Shown here one piece after another: positions 10,566 to 19,942 of a stretch of DNA of 64,000 nucleotides. This stretch comes from an uncultured delta proteobacterium (GTDB taxonomy: Bacteria; Desulfobacterota; Binatia; JACPRU01): contig CAVUWD010000006.1 in the NCBI GenBank assembly GCA_963745025.1, positions 224,001 through 288,000 on the forward strand, given 5' to 3'. Within the stretch, counting starts at the first letter, position 1. Every line of letters begins with the position of its first letter. Below the pieces are notes generated by a model. It was not told the DNA's origin. It ran no database searches and saw nothing but the letters and a program-made list of their open reading frames with translations. Position numbers and translations under genes: made by a program.

Positions 10566-11548
10566 AGCGCACGAGCCTGCTCTTCGTCCTGCTCGTCGGC
10601 TTCGCGGGCAGCGTGCTCGCCCATGAAGTACGCCCGGCCTATCTGGAGCTCCGCCAGAGCGGCCCGGAGACCTACGACGTGCTGTGGAAGGTGCCGGCTC
10701 GCGGCGCGGACCTGCGCCTCGGCATCTACGTCGAGATGCCCCCGGATTGCCAGAGGGTTACCGAGCCGCGGGCCTCCTTCGCCGACAACGCGTTCACCGA
10801 CCGCTGGTCCGTGAAGTGTGCGGGAGGGCTCACCGGCGCTACGATTCGCATCGCCGGTCTCTCGGCGACGATCATCGACGTGCTGGTGCGCCTGGAGCGG
10901 AGCGATGGCACGACGCAAGTCACGCGGCTCACGCCGCCGTCTCCGTCGTTCACGGTCGAAGCCGCGCCGCGCGCGACGCAAGTGGCGGCGACGTACCTGC
11001 GGCTCGGGGTCGAGCACATTCTCGGCGGCATCGATCATCTGCTGTACATCCTGGCGATGCTCGTTCTCGTCAAAGGCTGGCGGCGCGTGGTGGCGACGAT
11101 GACCGCCTTCACCACAACCCACAGCCTGACGCTGACCGCGGCGGCGCTCGGCTTCGTTCACGTGCCGCAGCCGCCCGTCGAAGCGGCGATCGCTTTGAGC
11201 ATCGTGTTCGTCGCGCGCGAGATCGTGCGCGGCGCGCAGGGCCGGTCGGGCTTGACGGAACGCTGGCCGTGGGTGGTCTCGTTCACCTTCGGATTGCTGC
11301 ACGGCTTCGGCTTTGCCGGCGCGCTCAGCGAGGTGGGGCTGCCGCAGCGCGCGATTCCGGTGGCGCTCGCGTTCTTCAACGTCGGCGTCGAGATCGGGCA
11401 ACTCGTGTTCGTCGCGGCGGTGTTGGGGATATTCGCTCTCGTCCGCTGGCTGGGGATATCCGTCTCGCGCCGGGCGGAGCTCGTCCCCGCGTACGCGATC
11501 GGCGGCGTCGCGGCATTCTGGGTCGTCGAGCGCGTCGCCGCGTTTTGA
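10562..11548 (+). CDS. HupE/UreJ family membrane protein with periplasmic N-terminal domain
   Basis: Signal peptide ending AH; GVEHILGGIDHL, AFTTTHSLTL, FGLLHGFGFAG and FNVGVEIGQ; ATGA overlap with the upstream gene. Confidence 0.9.
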   Translation: MKRTSLLFVLLVGFAGSVLAHEVRPAYLELRQSGPETYDVLWKVPARGADLRLGIYVEMPPDCQRVTEPRASFADNAFTDRWSVKCAGGLTGATIRIAGLSATIIDVLVRLERSDGTTQVTRLTPPSPSFTVEAAPRATQVAATYLRLGVEHILGGIDHLLYILAMLVLVKGWRRVVATMTAFTTTHSLTLTAAALGFVHVPQPPVEAAIALSIVFVAREIVRGAQGRSGLTERWPWVVSFTFGLLHGFGFAGALSEVGLPQRAIPVALAFFNVGVEIGQLVFVAAVLGIFALVRWLGISVSRRAELVPAYAIGGVAAFWVVERVAAF

Positions 11549-11654
11549 GCGGACCGAGCTCTGCACGCGGGCAGCTTCGCATCGACCCGGCGCTCACGCC
11601 CCCCCGCAACCAAGCGAGCAACAGTCCGTTGACCTCGTTGGGACGGGATTCCCT

Positions 11655-11670
11655 CGGCATTGAAATTGCA
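11655..11670 (+). promoter_or_regulatory. Putative sigma-54 -24/-12 promoter upstream of the OmpA gene
   Basis: CGGCATTGAAATTGCA has exact GG-N10-GC spacing and TTGCA, in an AT-richer intergenic region. Confidence 0.55.
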
Positions 11671-11843
11671 TGGCACTTTGATTTGAGGACACCCGGATAC
11701 TCAGGGACGATGAACCTGACGTCAGACGAAAGGAGTCCATCGAGAGATGGTCTTTCCACCAACATCGGCTTGCATTCGATGCGTTTCGTAGATAAACGGC
11801 AATTGGTCTTATGGTAGATGGCACTTGGGTGAGGAGGAGTAAA

Positions 11844-12551
11844 ATGAGGCTAACGTCAAAATTCGGAAAACCGGTTGCAGGAATCGCGGCGGTCGCCCTG
11901 ATGGGCAGCGTGCTGGCTGGCTGCTCCCAGGAGGCCATGAAGACTCACCCTTGGGGGCGTTGTGCCGTGGTCGGCGGAGCGCTCGGGGGCGCTTTGGGTG
12001 GCGCCGCTGGCGCGGGTGGTATGTACGCGGCCAACCCAAGCGATGACAAGGATAACGCCATAGGTGTCGCGACCATGGGCAGCGCAGTGGTCGGCTCCAT
12101 ACTGGGAGCGGTCATCGGCCATTACACCTGCGATCCGGTCGTAACTCCGCCTCGTGCAACACCTCCAACCACCACCGCAGCACCCGCCCCCGTCGTCTCC
12201 ACCGCCACTGTGGAGAAGCTGGTTCTGCGCGGCGTGCATTTCGACTTCAACAAGTCGAAGATCCGCACGGGCGATGCGGCAGTTTTGGATGAGGCCGCGG
12301 CGACTCTCAAGACCCATCCGGGCGTGACGGTGAACGTGAACGGCTATTGCGACGCCGTTGGCAGCGTAAAGTACAACCAGAAGCTGTCGGAGCGTCGGGC
12401 GGCAGCCGTCGTGGCATATTTGGCGAAGGCCGGAATTCCGGAAAACCAGCTGGTTCCGCGCGGGTATGGCAAGACGGACTTCGTCGCCACCAACGATACG
12501 GCTGAGGGCCGCGCCCAAAACCGCCGCGTCGAGCTGTTGCCCGTACAGTAA
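11844..12551 (+). CDS. OmpA-family lipoprotein (glycine zipper, Pro/Thr linker, OmpA C-terminal peptidoglycan-binding domain)
   Basis: RBS GAGGAGGAG; lipobox LAGC; VHFDFNKS, NQKLSERRA and GRAQNRRVE. Confidence 0.92.
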   Translation: MRLTSKFGKPVAGIAAVALMGSVLAGCSQEAMKTHPWGRCAVVGGALGGALGGAAGAGGMYAANPSDDKDNAIGVATMGSAVVGSILGAVIGHYTCDPVVTPPRATPPTTTAAPAPVVSTATVEKLVLRGVHFDFNKSKIRTGDAAVLDEAAATLKTHPGVTVNVNGYCDAVGSVKYNQKLSERRAAAVVAYLAKAGIPENQLVPRGYGKTDFVATNDTAEGRAQNRRVELLPVQ

Positions 12552-12573
12552 GCCGGAAAAATCAGTTCGTAGA

Positions 12574-12612
12574 GAACGGCCACGGTCCCTTCGGGGGCCG
12601 CGGCCGTTTCTT
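12574..12612 (+). terminator. Probable Rho-independent terminator after ompA
   Basis: AACGGCCACGGTCCC-TTCG-GGGGCCGCGGCCGTT stem-loop followed by TCTT. Confidence 0.7.
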
Positions 12613-12721
12613 CATCAGGGCGAATAACATCGGCGTGAAACTTCAGGTGAATCGAAAGGTGCAAAAGGCTGACCTGAACCGGCAGATTTGCTATCAATCT
12701 ATGCAGGGAGGAATAGGAGGT

Positions 12722-13327
12722 ATGAAGCAAGGCGGGTTGATGATCGCCGCCGTCACGGTTGCGGCATGCTTTCAGGTTTCGAGATGCCTCGCCGGAGAGC
12801 AACTCGGCGAAGCGCCTGCCGTAAACGCCAAACCGACTGCGACGGCATCCCATGGAGTGTCCGGGGGCAATCAGCCGGAAGCGCCGGGTGCGCCAGCGCC
12901 GACGTCCCAATCTGACGCGCCGAACAAGACGCTGCGCCAAAACGTCCGTTCGCTGATAGGGAAGATTGCGCCCGAACGCCTGAAACGCGACCTGGAGTTC
13001 AAAAAGGCATCCGCGCAGTTCCAGGACTTCTGCCGGCATTGGGAGCAGAACCTTCGTGAGCGGGAGCGCGATAATCTTTCGAAGCTGATGTTCACGTTGA
13101 AGGACGGCTTCCAGACCGCGACCTATACCGGATACGGCGACGTCAAGACTTGCGAGGCCCATCAGTCCAAAGAAGGATTCTCGATCGGCAAAATTACTTA
13201 CCAGGAGTTCACCTATTACCTGGCCGGCAAGACTCCCGAAGAAGCCTTACACGGAGACAAGAAACCGATCAGCGACACTCACACCACCGAGATTTTTCGG
13301 TGGGAGAACAATAAATGGTTCTATTGA
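12722..13327 (+). CDS. Hypothetical secreted protein
   Basis: AGGAGG RBS; N-terminal signal-like segment, Pro/Ala linker and a globular domain with two Cys ending EIFRWENNKWFY. Confidence 0.75.
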   Translation: MKQGGLMIAAVTVAACFQVSRCLAGEQLGEAPAVNAKPTATASHGVSGGNQPEAPGAPAPTSQSDAPNKTLRQNVRSLIGKIAPERLKRDLEFKKASAQFQDFCRHWEQNLRERERDNLSKLMFTLKDGFQTATYTGYGDVKTCEAHQSKEGFSIGKITYQEFTYYLAGKTPEEALHGDKKPISDTHTTEIFRWENNKWFY

Positions 13328-13642
13328 TCTGACTGCTGCATCTTTGCCGGCTTCGCAGGAAAATCGGCAGTCTGAAACGATCGCGCTTTTCACGACCGAT
13401 CTCGGGATTTTGCGGCGAAGCTTGCCGGGCGCCGCTGCAAACCAACGCTCGCAAGCACGACTGATGTCAGCCGGGCCCTCGTACCCACGCTCGTAGCCAA
13501 CTCCAAAACCGTCAGTGATCCTTCGCGGAGGAACTCCCCGCGCGCCGTTGCCGTTCGTCATCGAGCTGACCTTCATTGTGACGCCGCATCGCGGTAGCTT
13601 CTTGGCTGACAGGTTGGATCAACCGTAAGAAAGGCGCTCGAA

Positions 13643-14713
13643 ATGCAACGTCACGCTCCTCGCACAAGCCCTGGCGAGTCGGCAGTGCGCAGCGCCCTGC
13701 GCATCCTGCTGGCGTCACTTTGGGGGATCCTCATCGCCGCCATCACGGTGTGGGATAGCCTGGCAATTGGCTATCGTGCTCCGTTCGGTGACGCGGCGCG
13801 ACAGATCCTCGGCATCGGCTTGGCCCTACTGGGCGTCGCAGCCATCGTCGGCCTCTTCGCTCGGCCCATGCGTCGCACGACCGTGGCGTTCCTGGTCGTA
13901 TTCGTACTGATGCTCGCCTGGTGGTCGCGTATCGAGCCCCGCAACGACCGCGAGTGGCAGCCGGAAGTCGCCGTGCTTGCCTATGCCGATGTGCACGGCG
14001 ACCAGGTGACGATGCACAACATTCGGAACTTCGACTACCGCAGCGAAACCGATTTCACGCCACGGTACTACGACAAGACCTTCGACTTGAACACACTCGA
14101 CACCCTGGACCTGATCGCCACGTACTGGATGGGTGACGCCATCGCGCACATGATGGTGAGCTTCGGCTTCGGCGGCCGGGACTATCTCACCGTTTCGATC
14201 GAAACGCGCAAGGAGCGCAGCGAGAGCTACTCGACGCTCGCCGGCTTCTTCAAGCAGTACGAACTGTATTACGTGGTCGCCGACGAGCGCGACCTGATCC
14301 GCGTACGCACCAACTACCGCAAAGACCCGCCCGAGGATGTATACCTCTACCGCACGGCTGCGCCTGCCGAAAACGTGCGCCGCTTGTTCTTGAGCTACAT
14401 CACGAAGATCAACTCACTCAAGGACCACCCGGAGTTCTACAACACGCTGACGACGAACTGCACGACGAACATCTGGATGCACACCAAGGTCAACAAGCAG
14501 AGCCTCCCGCTGAATTGGAAGATCCTGGCCAGTGGCTACCTGCCGCAGTTGGTCTACGAACACGGCCGGCTCGATACGCGTTTGCCGTTCGAAGAGTTGC
14601 GACGGCGTTCGCACATCAACGAGGCGGCGCGCGCCGCAAACGGTGCCCCGGACTTTTCGCAACGCATACGCGCCAACGTTCCGGTGCCGCCGCCATCCCG
14701 GCCCGAGCACTGA
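13643..14713 (+). CDS. DUF4105 (Lnb N-terminal-like) membrane-anchored protein
   Basis: Three N-terminal TM helices; NIRNFDYRSETDF, IAHMMVSFGF, SIETRKE and FYNTLTTNCTT. Confidence 0.85.
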   Translation: MQRHAPRTSPGESAVRSALRILLASLWGILIAAITVWDSLAIGYRAPFGDAARQILGIGLALLGVAAIVGLFARPMRRTTVAFLVVFVLMLAWWSRIEPRNDREWQPEVAVLAYADVHGDQVTMHNIRNFDYRSETDFTPRYYDKTFDLNTLDTLDLIATYWMGDAIAHMMVSFGFGGRDYLTVSIETRKERSESYSTLAGFFKQYELYYVVADERDLIRVRTNYRKDPPEDVYLYRTAAPAENVRRLFLSYITKINSLKDHPEFYNTLTTNCTTNIWMHTKVNKQSLPLNWKILASGYLPQLVYEHGRLDTRLPFEELRRRSHINEAARAANGAPDFSQRIRANVPVPPPSRPEH

Positions 14714-14714
14714 C

Positions 14715-15875
14715 ATGGTTTCGTCGGCTCCCGAATCGACGACCACCCCAGACCACCCACTGTCCTTCGATCGCGCAGCCGACGGCGCGCTCGTCGTGCG
14801 CCTGGCAGGGGCGTGGCAGCTCTCGAGCACCTTGCCGCCGGTGAGCACCGTGGAGCGCCAGCTCTCCGATTCCGCGCCACGCCGGATCGTATTCGATTCC
14901 ACGCGGCTCGGCGCCTGGGACAGCGGCCTCCTGACCTTCCTCATGGACCTCGATGCCGTCTGCGCTCGCCGAGGGACCCAGATGGACCGCAGCGGATTGC
15001 CCACGGGTGTCCAGCGGCTGCTCGCCCTGGCCGCCGCGGTGCCGGAACGAACCGGCGCGCGGCAGGCGACCGTCGCGCCGTCCTGGCTGGCGCGCATCGG
15101 CCTCGCCTTCACCGGCGCCCGCCAGCCGATCCTGGACATGCTCGGCTTCATCGGAGACGCCACCGCAGCGTTCGGAAGCCTGCTACGCGGCCGCGCGCGA
15201 TTTCGCCGGAGCGATCTCTTGCTGCTCATCCAGCAGGCCGGGGCCGATGCGCTCGGGATCGTCACGCTGATCAGCTTCCTGGTCGGCACGATCCTCGCCT
15301 TCGTCGGTGCGGTGCAGCTTCAGCAGTTCGGCGCAGCGATCTACGTCGCCGATCTGGTCGGCATCGCGATGGTGCGCGAGATGGGCGCGATGATGACCGC
15401 GATCGTCATCGCCGGACGCACCGGCGCCGCCTACGCGGCACAGCTCGGCACCATGAAGGTGACCCAGGAGATCGATGCGCTGACCACGATGGGCATCTCG
15501 CCGCTCGAATTCCTGGTGCTGCCGCGCATGCTGGCGCTCTGCTTGATGATGCCGCTGCTCTGCCTGTACGCCGACTTCGTCGGCATTCTCGGCGGCGCGT
15601 GCGGTCGGCGTCGGCGATGCTCGATCTCGCGCCGCTCGTCTACTACAACCAGACGGCCGCGGCCGTGCACCTGGGGATCTCGTCGGCGGCGTCTTCAAGG
15701 CTTCCGTGTACGGCGTGCTGATTGCGCTCTCCGGGTGCCTCGCGCGGCATGCAGTGCGGCAACAGCTCCTCGGCGGTCGGCAGACGCGGCGACCTCCGCC
15801 GTCGTCACCGGCATCGTGTTCATCATCAGCGCCTGCGGCGTGTTCGCCGTGATGTTCTATGTCCTCGGGATCTGA
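14715..15875 (+). CDS. mlaE: MlaE-family ABC permease with N-terminal STAS-like domain (compensating frameshifts near 15600-15780)
   Basis: VREMGAMMTAIVIAGRTGAAYAAQLGTMKVTQEIDAL and LVLPRMLAL. Confidence 0.88.
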   Translation: MVSSAPESTTTPDHPLSFDRAADGALVVRLAGAWQLSSTLPPVSTVERQLSDSAPRRIVFDSTRLGAWDSGLLTFLMDLDAVCARRGTQMDRSGLPTGVQRLLALAAAVPERTGARQATVAPSWLARIGLAFTGARQPILDMLGFIGDATAAFGSLLRGRARFRRSDLLLLIQQAGADALGIVTLISFLVGTILAFVGAVQLQQFGAAIYVADLVGIAMVREMGAMMTAIVIAGRTGAAYAAQLGTMKVTQEIDALTTMGISPLEFLVLPRMLALCLMMPLLCLYADFVGILGGACGRRRRCSISRRSSTTTRRPRPCTWGSRRRRLQGFRVRRADCALRVPRAACSAATAPRRSADAATSAVVTGIVFIISACGVFAVMFYVLGI

Positions 15876-16672
15876 CAGCGTCACCCGCCCATCGACCACG
15901 GGCGATGCCCACATCACCGTGCGGAATCTGACGATGGCCTACGGGAGCTTCGTGCTCATGCGCGACCTCAACTTCACCGTGAAGCGAGGCGACGTCTTCG
16001 TCATCATGGGCGGCAGCGGCTGCGGGAAGAGCACGCTTGCTGCGACACCTGATCGGCCTGAACGAGCCGGCCACCGGCGAGATCTGGTACGGGAGCGAAA
16101 ACTTCACGGCCGCCGACCCCCTCAAACGGCGAGCGATGCTGCAACGCTTCGGCGTCCTCTATCAGAGCGGCGCGCTCTGGAGCTCGATGACGTTGGCCGA
16201 GAACATCGGCCTACCCCTGGGCGAGTACACGGAGTTGACGCCCGACGAGATCCGCGAGGTGGCGAGCCTCAAGCTCGCGCTCGTCGGACTGAAGGGCTTC
16301 GAGGACTTCTATCCTTCGCAGATCAGCGGCGGCATGCAGAAGCGTGCCGGCCTGGCACGGGCGATGGCGCTCGATCCGGAGGTGCTGTTCTTCGACGAGC
16401 CATCGGCGGGGCTCGACCCGATCAGCTCCAAGCTGCTCGACGATCTCATCCTGGAGCTGCGCGAGAGCCTGGGAGCCACCATCGTCGTCGTCACCCACGA
16501 GCTGGCGAGCATCTTCGCGATCGCGACCAACAGCGTGTTCCTCGACGTGGAGACCCGGACGATGACCGATCTCGGGCCGCCGCGGGAACTGCTCGACTCG
16601 GGAAGCGCCGGCGTGCGCCGCTTCCTGAGCCGCGGGGAGGCGAACGGCGCCGCAGGGAGGACCCATGGGTAG
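15876..16672 (+). CDS. mlaF: MlaF-family ABC ATP-binding protein (start approximate, frameshift near 16037)
   Basis: Walker A MGGSGCGKST in one frame; ISGGMQKRAGLARA, FFDEPSAGLDP and VVTHE in the next frame. Confidence 0.88.
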
Positions 16673-17621
16673 AAAGGCCAACCCGGCAATGATCGGCGCC
16701 TTCGTGGTGGGGGCAGTCGCCTTGGCGGTGGCTAGCGTGTTGATCTTCGGTTCCGGCCAGCTGTTCAAGCACACCTCCGAGTACGTCTGCTTCTTCCGGG
16801 GAACGGTCGACGGCCTCAACGTCGGGGCCCCGGTCAGGATCAAGGGTGTGGAGGTCGGATCGGTGGTCGACATCCGGCTCCGCTTGCCCGAGCAAGAGAT
16901 GCCAATGGTCACTGCGCAGGGGATTCAGATCCCGGTCACCATCGAGATCGACGACGACAAGGTGGCTGCCTTGGGCGCTCGGCAGCAGCGCAACCTCAAG
17001 GAGTTGATCGCCTACGGCCTGCGCGCGCAGCTCAACGCGCAGAGCCTGGTGACCGGTCTGCTCTTCGTCCAACTCGACTTTCGTCCGGAGAACCCGGCTG
17101 AGTTCGTTCTCCCGCCAGACTCGAAAACACCCGAGATCCCGACGATGCCGACCACCATGGAACAGGTGCGGTCGGCGGCCGAGAACCTCTTTCGCAAGCT
17201 GCAAGCGGTGCACGTCGAGGACCTCGTCAAGTCGCTCACGGAGACGGTCGACGCCATCAAGAACGTCGTGGCAACGCCCGAACTGAAGGAGACCATCCAG
17301 GCCCTGCCGGCCACGGTCGCAAACCTCAATCAGGCGGTGACGAGCTTCCGCGAGTTGAGCGCGCACGTGGACGCCAAGGCAGGCCCGCTGTTCGACAGCC
17401 TCAAGGGAACATCCGAAAAAGGCGGGGTCGCCTTGGACCAGGCGCGCGGTACGATGCAGAGCGTCGACGAGTTCGTCAAGCCCGATTCGCCGCTGTCCAC
17501 CGAGCTTACCGGAACCCTGCAGGAGCTGTCGGCCGCGGCGCGCGCGCTGCGATTGCTTGCCAACTATCTGGAGCGCAACCCGAGCGCCCTCGTGCGCGGA
17601 AAGGCCGTGACATCCCAATGA
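16665..17621 (+). CDS. MlaD/MCE family protein
   Basis: ANPAMIGAFVVGA anchor; GLNVGAPVRIKGVEVGSV; helical tail ending LERNPSALVRGK. Confidence 0.9.
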   Translation: MGRKANPAMIGAFVVGAVALAVASVLIFGSGQLFKHTSEYVCFFRGTVDGLNVGAPVRIKGVEVGSVVDIRLRLPEQEMPMVTAQGIQIPVTIEIDDDKVAALGARQQRNLKELIAYGLRAQLNAQSLVTGLLFVQLDFRPENPAEFVLPPDSKTPEIPTMPTTMEQVRSAAENLFRKLQAVHVEDLVKSLTETVDAIKNVVATPELKETIQALPATVANLNQAVTSFRELSAHVDAKAGPLFDSLKGTSEKGGVALDQARGTMQSVDEFVKPDSPLSTELTGTLQELSAAARALRLLANYLERNPSALVRGKAVTSQ

Positions 17622-18265
17622 GTCAGAGATCGGGTCGCGACGCGGCAACGGTCCTCGTCGTCGGCGCCTGGCTGTGCGGATGCTCGTCGGTTCTCGCCCC
17701 GCAGCCGGATCCCTCCCGGTTCTACACGCTGAGTCCCGTCGTGGACGCGGGCGGAAGCCAGCAGCGCGAGCCGCGGACCGTCATTTACGGCCTCGGCCCG
17801 ATCGAGCTGCCGGAGTATCTTGATCGCAACGAGCTCGCGGAGCGCCTGAGCTCGGCCGAGGTGCGGTATTCGCCGACAGACCTCTGGGCCGAGCCCCTGA
17901 AGACAAACCTGACCCGGGTGCTGCTGCAGAATCTCTCGTCCCTGCTGGGCGCCGATCGGATCGTCTTGTACCCGCGGCCGGGCACGGTCGCCGTCGACTA
18001 CCAGGTTGCGGTCAGCATCCTGCGCTTCGAGCGGACGGCTGCGGGCGAGGCGCAACTGCGAGCGCGCTGGGTGATCCGAGACCCGCGCAGCGGGGAGTAT
18101 CTGGCCCTCGAGGAGTCCAACTTCGCACACCCGGCGTCGTCGCCCAAGGCCGCAGACGCGGTCGACGCATTGAGCGCCGACCTCGGCGATCTCTGTCGCG
18201 AGATCGCCGCCGCCCTCCAGAAATTGCCGCCCCCGCAGCAGCCGCCGCGACGGGGACGTTCTTGA
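17618..18265 (+). CDS. PqiC-family (ABC auxiliary) lipoprotein
   Basis: Lipobox LCGC; RFYTL, LPEYLDR and DLWAEPL. Confidence 0.85.
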   Translation: MSQRSGRDAATVLVVGAWLCGCSSVLAPQPDPSRFYTLSPVVDAGGSQQREPRTVIYGLGPIELPEYLDRNELAERLSSAEVRYSPTDLWAEPLKTNLTRVLLQNLSSLLGADRIVLYPRPGTVAVDYQVAVSILRFERTAAGEAQLRARWVIRDPRSGEYLALEESNFAHPASSPKAADAVDALSADLGDLCREIAAALQKLPPPQQPPRRGRS

Positions 18266-18357
18266 CCTTCGTAACCTTCGTCGCGTTCCTCGCGTCGGCG
18301 GAATGCTGTAAGGAGAGAGGCGCGACGAAGGTTACGAAGGTCAAGAACGTCCCCGTC
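18249..18357. repeat. Perfect 37-bp inverted repeat with a 35-bp spacer between convergent genes
   Basis: 18249-18285 GACGGGGACGTTCTTGACCTTCGTAACCTTCGTCGCG is the exact reverse complement of 18321-18357. Confidence 0.95.
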
Positions 18358-19429
18358 AGTGCCCGTGACGGTGGTGGACGTCGGGGCTGTGCGGATGATC
18401 GTGCTCGAGCGCTTCGTGGCAATGCCCGTGCGCGTGTGAGCCGCCGATTTCGCCCGCGGCATGCGCGTGGCGATGATGCTCGTCATGCACGTGAGCGTGA
18501 GAATGCTCGACCGCCTCGTGCAGGTGGCGATGCCCGTGCGATTCGCCGAGGAGGCGCCAGACGCCGACCGCCATCAACGCAGCGGCGAGGCCGAGGCGGG
18601 GCGAGACCGGCTCGGAGAGCACGCAAACGGCCGCAATCGCCCCGATGAACGGCGCGGTCGCGAAATAGGCGCCTGCGCGCGACGTGCCGAGGCCGCGCAG
18701 TGAAACGATGTAGAGCGTGAGGCTCGCGCCGTACGAAAGCGCGCCGACGACGCCCGCGGCGATGATCGTCCCGGACGACGGCCACGAGGCATCGAGCCGC
18801 AGCGCGATCGCGACGTTGACCGCACCGCCGACGAGCCCCTTCAGCGCGGCGATCGTCACGGCGTCGCCATGCGCCACTTCTCGCGTGAAATTGTTGTCGA
18901 GCGCCCAGCACGCGGAGGCCAGCGCCACGGCCGCGAGGCCGAGGGGGTCGACGGCCGCATCCTCGAGGGTGACCGTCGCAACCGCTCCGAGGGTGATGAG
19001 CACGAGCGCTTCGAGCGTGCGCGCGCCGAGGTGCTCACCGAAGAACAGGCGTGCGAAGAGAGCGGTGAGCGGCGCTTCGAGGACGAGCACGAGCGAGGCC
19101 GAAGACGCAGTCGTGCGCGAAAGGCCCTCGAGGAGCAGCAGCGGCGCCACGACTCCGCCGAGGACGACCGCGCCCGCCAGCCACGTCGCGTCACGCGGCG
19201 CCGGCGTCCAGGCCGTACCTCTCCGCAGCAGCCGGACACCGCCGAGAGCGATTCCCGACCCGAGGTACAGCAGACCGGCGAGCACTTGAGGATCGGCCGC
19301 GCCGAGCAACGTCTTCGCGACCGGCGCTCCGCTCCCGAACAAGAGCGCCGCGGCCAGGGCCGCAGCCGAAGCTCGTCTCGTCCTTCGCTCGTTTGACGCC
19401 GTTCCGTTTGCCCGTGTAGAACGCCACAT
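18356..19429 (-). CDS. DMT/EamA family transporter with His-rich C-terminal tail (start approximate)
   Basis: AGLLYLGSG, WALDNNFTR and AYFATAPFIG; tail HGHRHLHEAVEHSHAHVHDEHHRHAH...HPHSPDVHHRHGH. Confidence 0.88.
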   Translation of the reverse strand: MWRSTRANGTASNERRTRRASAAALAAALLFGSGAPVAKTLLGAADPQVLAGLLYLGSGIALGGVRLLRRGTAWTPAPRDATWLAGAVVLGGVVAPLLLLEGLSRTTASSASLVLVLEAPLTALFARLFFGEHLGARTLEALVLITLGAVATVTLEDAAVDPLGLAAVALASACWALDNNFTREVAHGDAVTIAALKGLVGGAVNVAIALRLDASWPSSGTIIAAGVVGALSYGASLTLYIVSLRGLGTSRAGAYFATAPFIGAIAAVCVLSEPVSPRLGLAAALMAVGVWRLLGESHGHRHLHEAVEHSHAHVHDEHHRHAHAAGEIGGSHAHGHCHEALEHDHPHSPDVHHRHGH

Positions 19430-19485
19430 CGATTTGGCTAGCGCCCCCGGATGACCCGAACCCCCGACATCGCGAGGCCCTGATC

Positions 19486-19914
19486 ATGCCTTGGTGGCTG
19501 TGGATGCTCTTCGGTTTGGTGTTGTTGATCCTCGAGGTGCAGCTCGCCGGCGGCTTCTACCTGGCGTTCTTCGGAATCGGCGCGCTGTGCGTCGGGTTTC
19601 TCGTGGCGATCGGTTTGGCCGAAGCGGGCTGGCTCCAGTGGCTGCTCTTCTCCGTGCTCTCCCTGGTCACTCTCGCGTTCCTGCGCCGTCCGATTATGAT
19701 GAGGCTCGCTCCCGCCGGCGGCGATCGTGTCGACAGCCTGGTCGGCGAAGCCGCGACTGCCACCGAGGATATCCCGGGGGGCGGGGTCGGCAAAGCAGAA
19801 CTCCGCGGCACGACGTGGACCGCTCGCAACAACGGGTCGGTCTTGCTCGCGAAGAACACGCGCTGTCGCGTCGAGCGGGTCGACGGACTGACGATCTGGA
19901 TTCGCCCGGAGTGA
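19486..19914 (+). CDS. NfeD family membrane protein
   Basis: WWLWMLFG..LILEV hydrophobic N-terminus and OB-like C-terminus (GTTWTAR, RVERVDGLTIWI); directly upstream of an SPFH gene. Confidence 0.9.
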   Translation: MPWWLWMLFGLVLLILEVQLAGGFYLAFFGIGALCVGFLVAIGLAEAGWLQWLLFSVLSLVTLAFLRRPIMMRLAPAGGDRVDSLVGEAATATEDIPGGGVGKAELRGTTWTARNNGSVLLAKNTRCRVERVDGLTIWIRPE

Positions 19915-19942
19915 TTCGCGGCACGCACAATCGGAGGATTTC

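Noticed and set aside
13328-13642. Short ORFs or ncRNA in the 315-nt spacer
   Set aside because: No recognisable motif, RBS-supported ORF or convincing structure.
18262-18648. ORFs reading MTFVTFVA...KVTKVKNV on both strands
   Set aside because: These are translation artefacts of the 37-bp inverted repeat.
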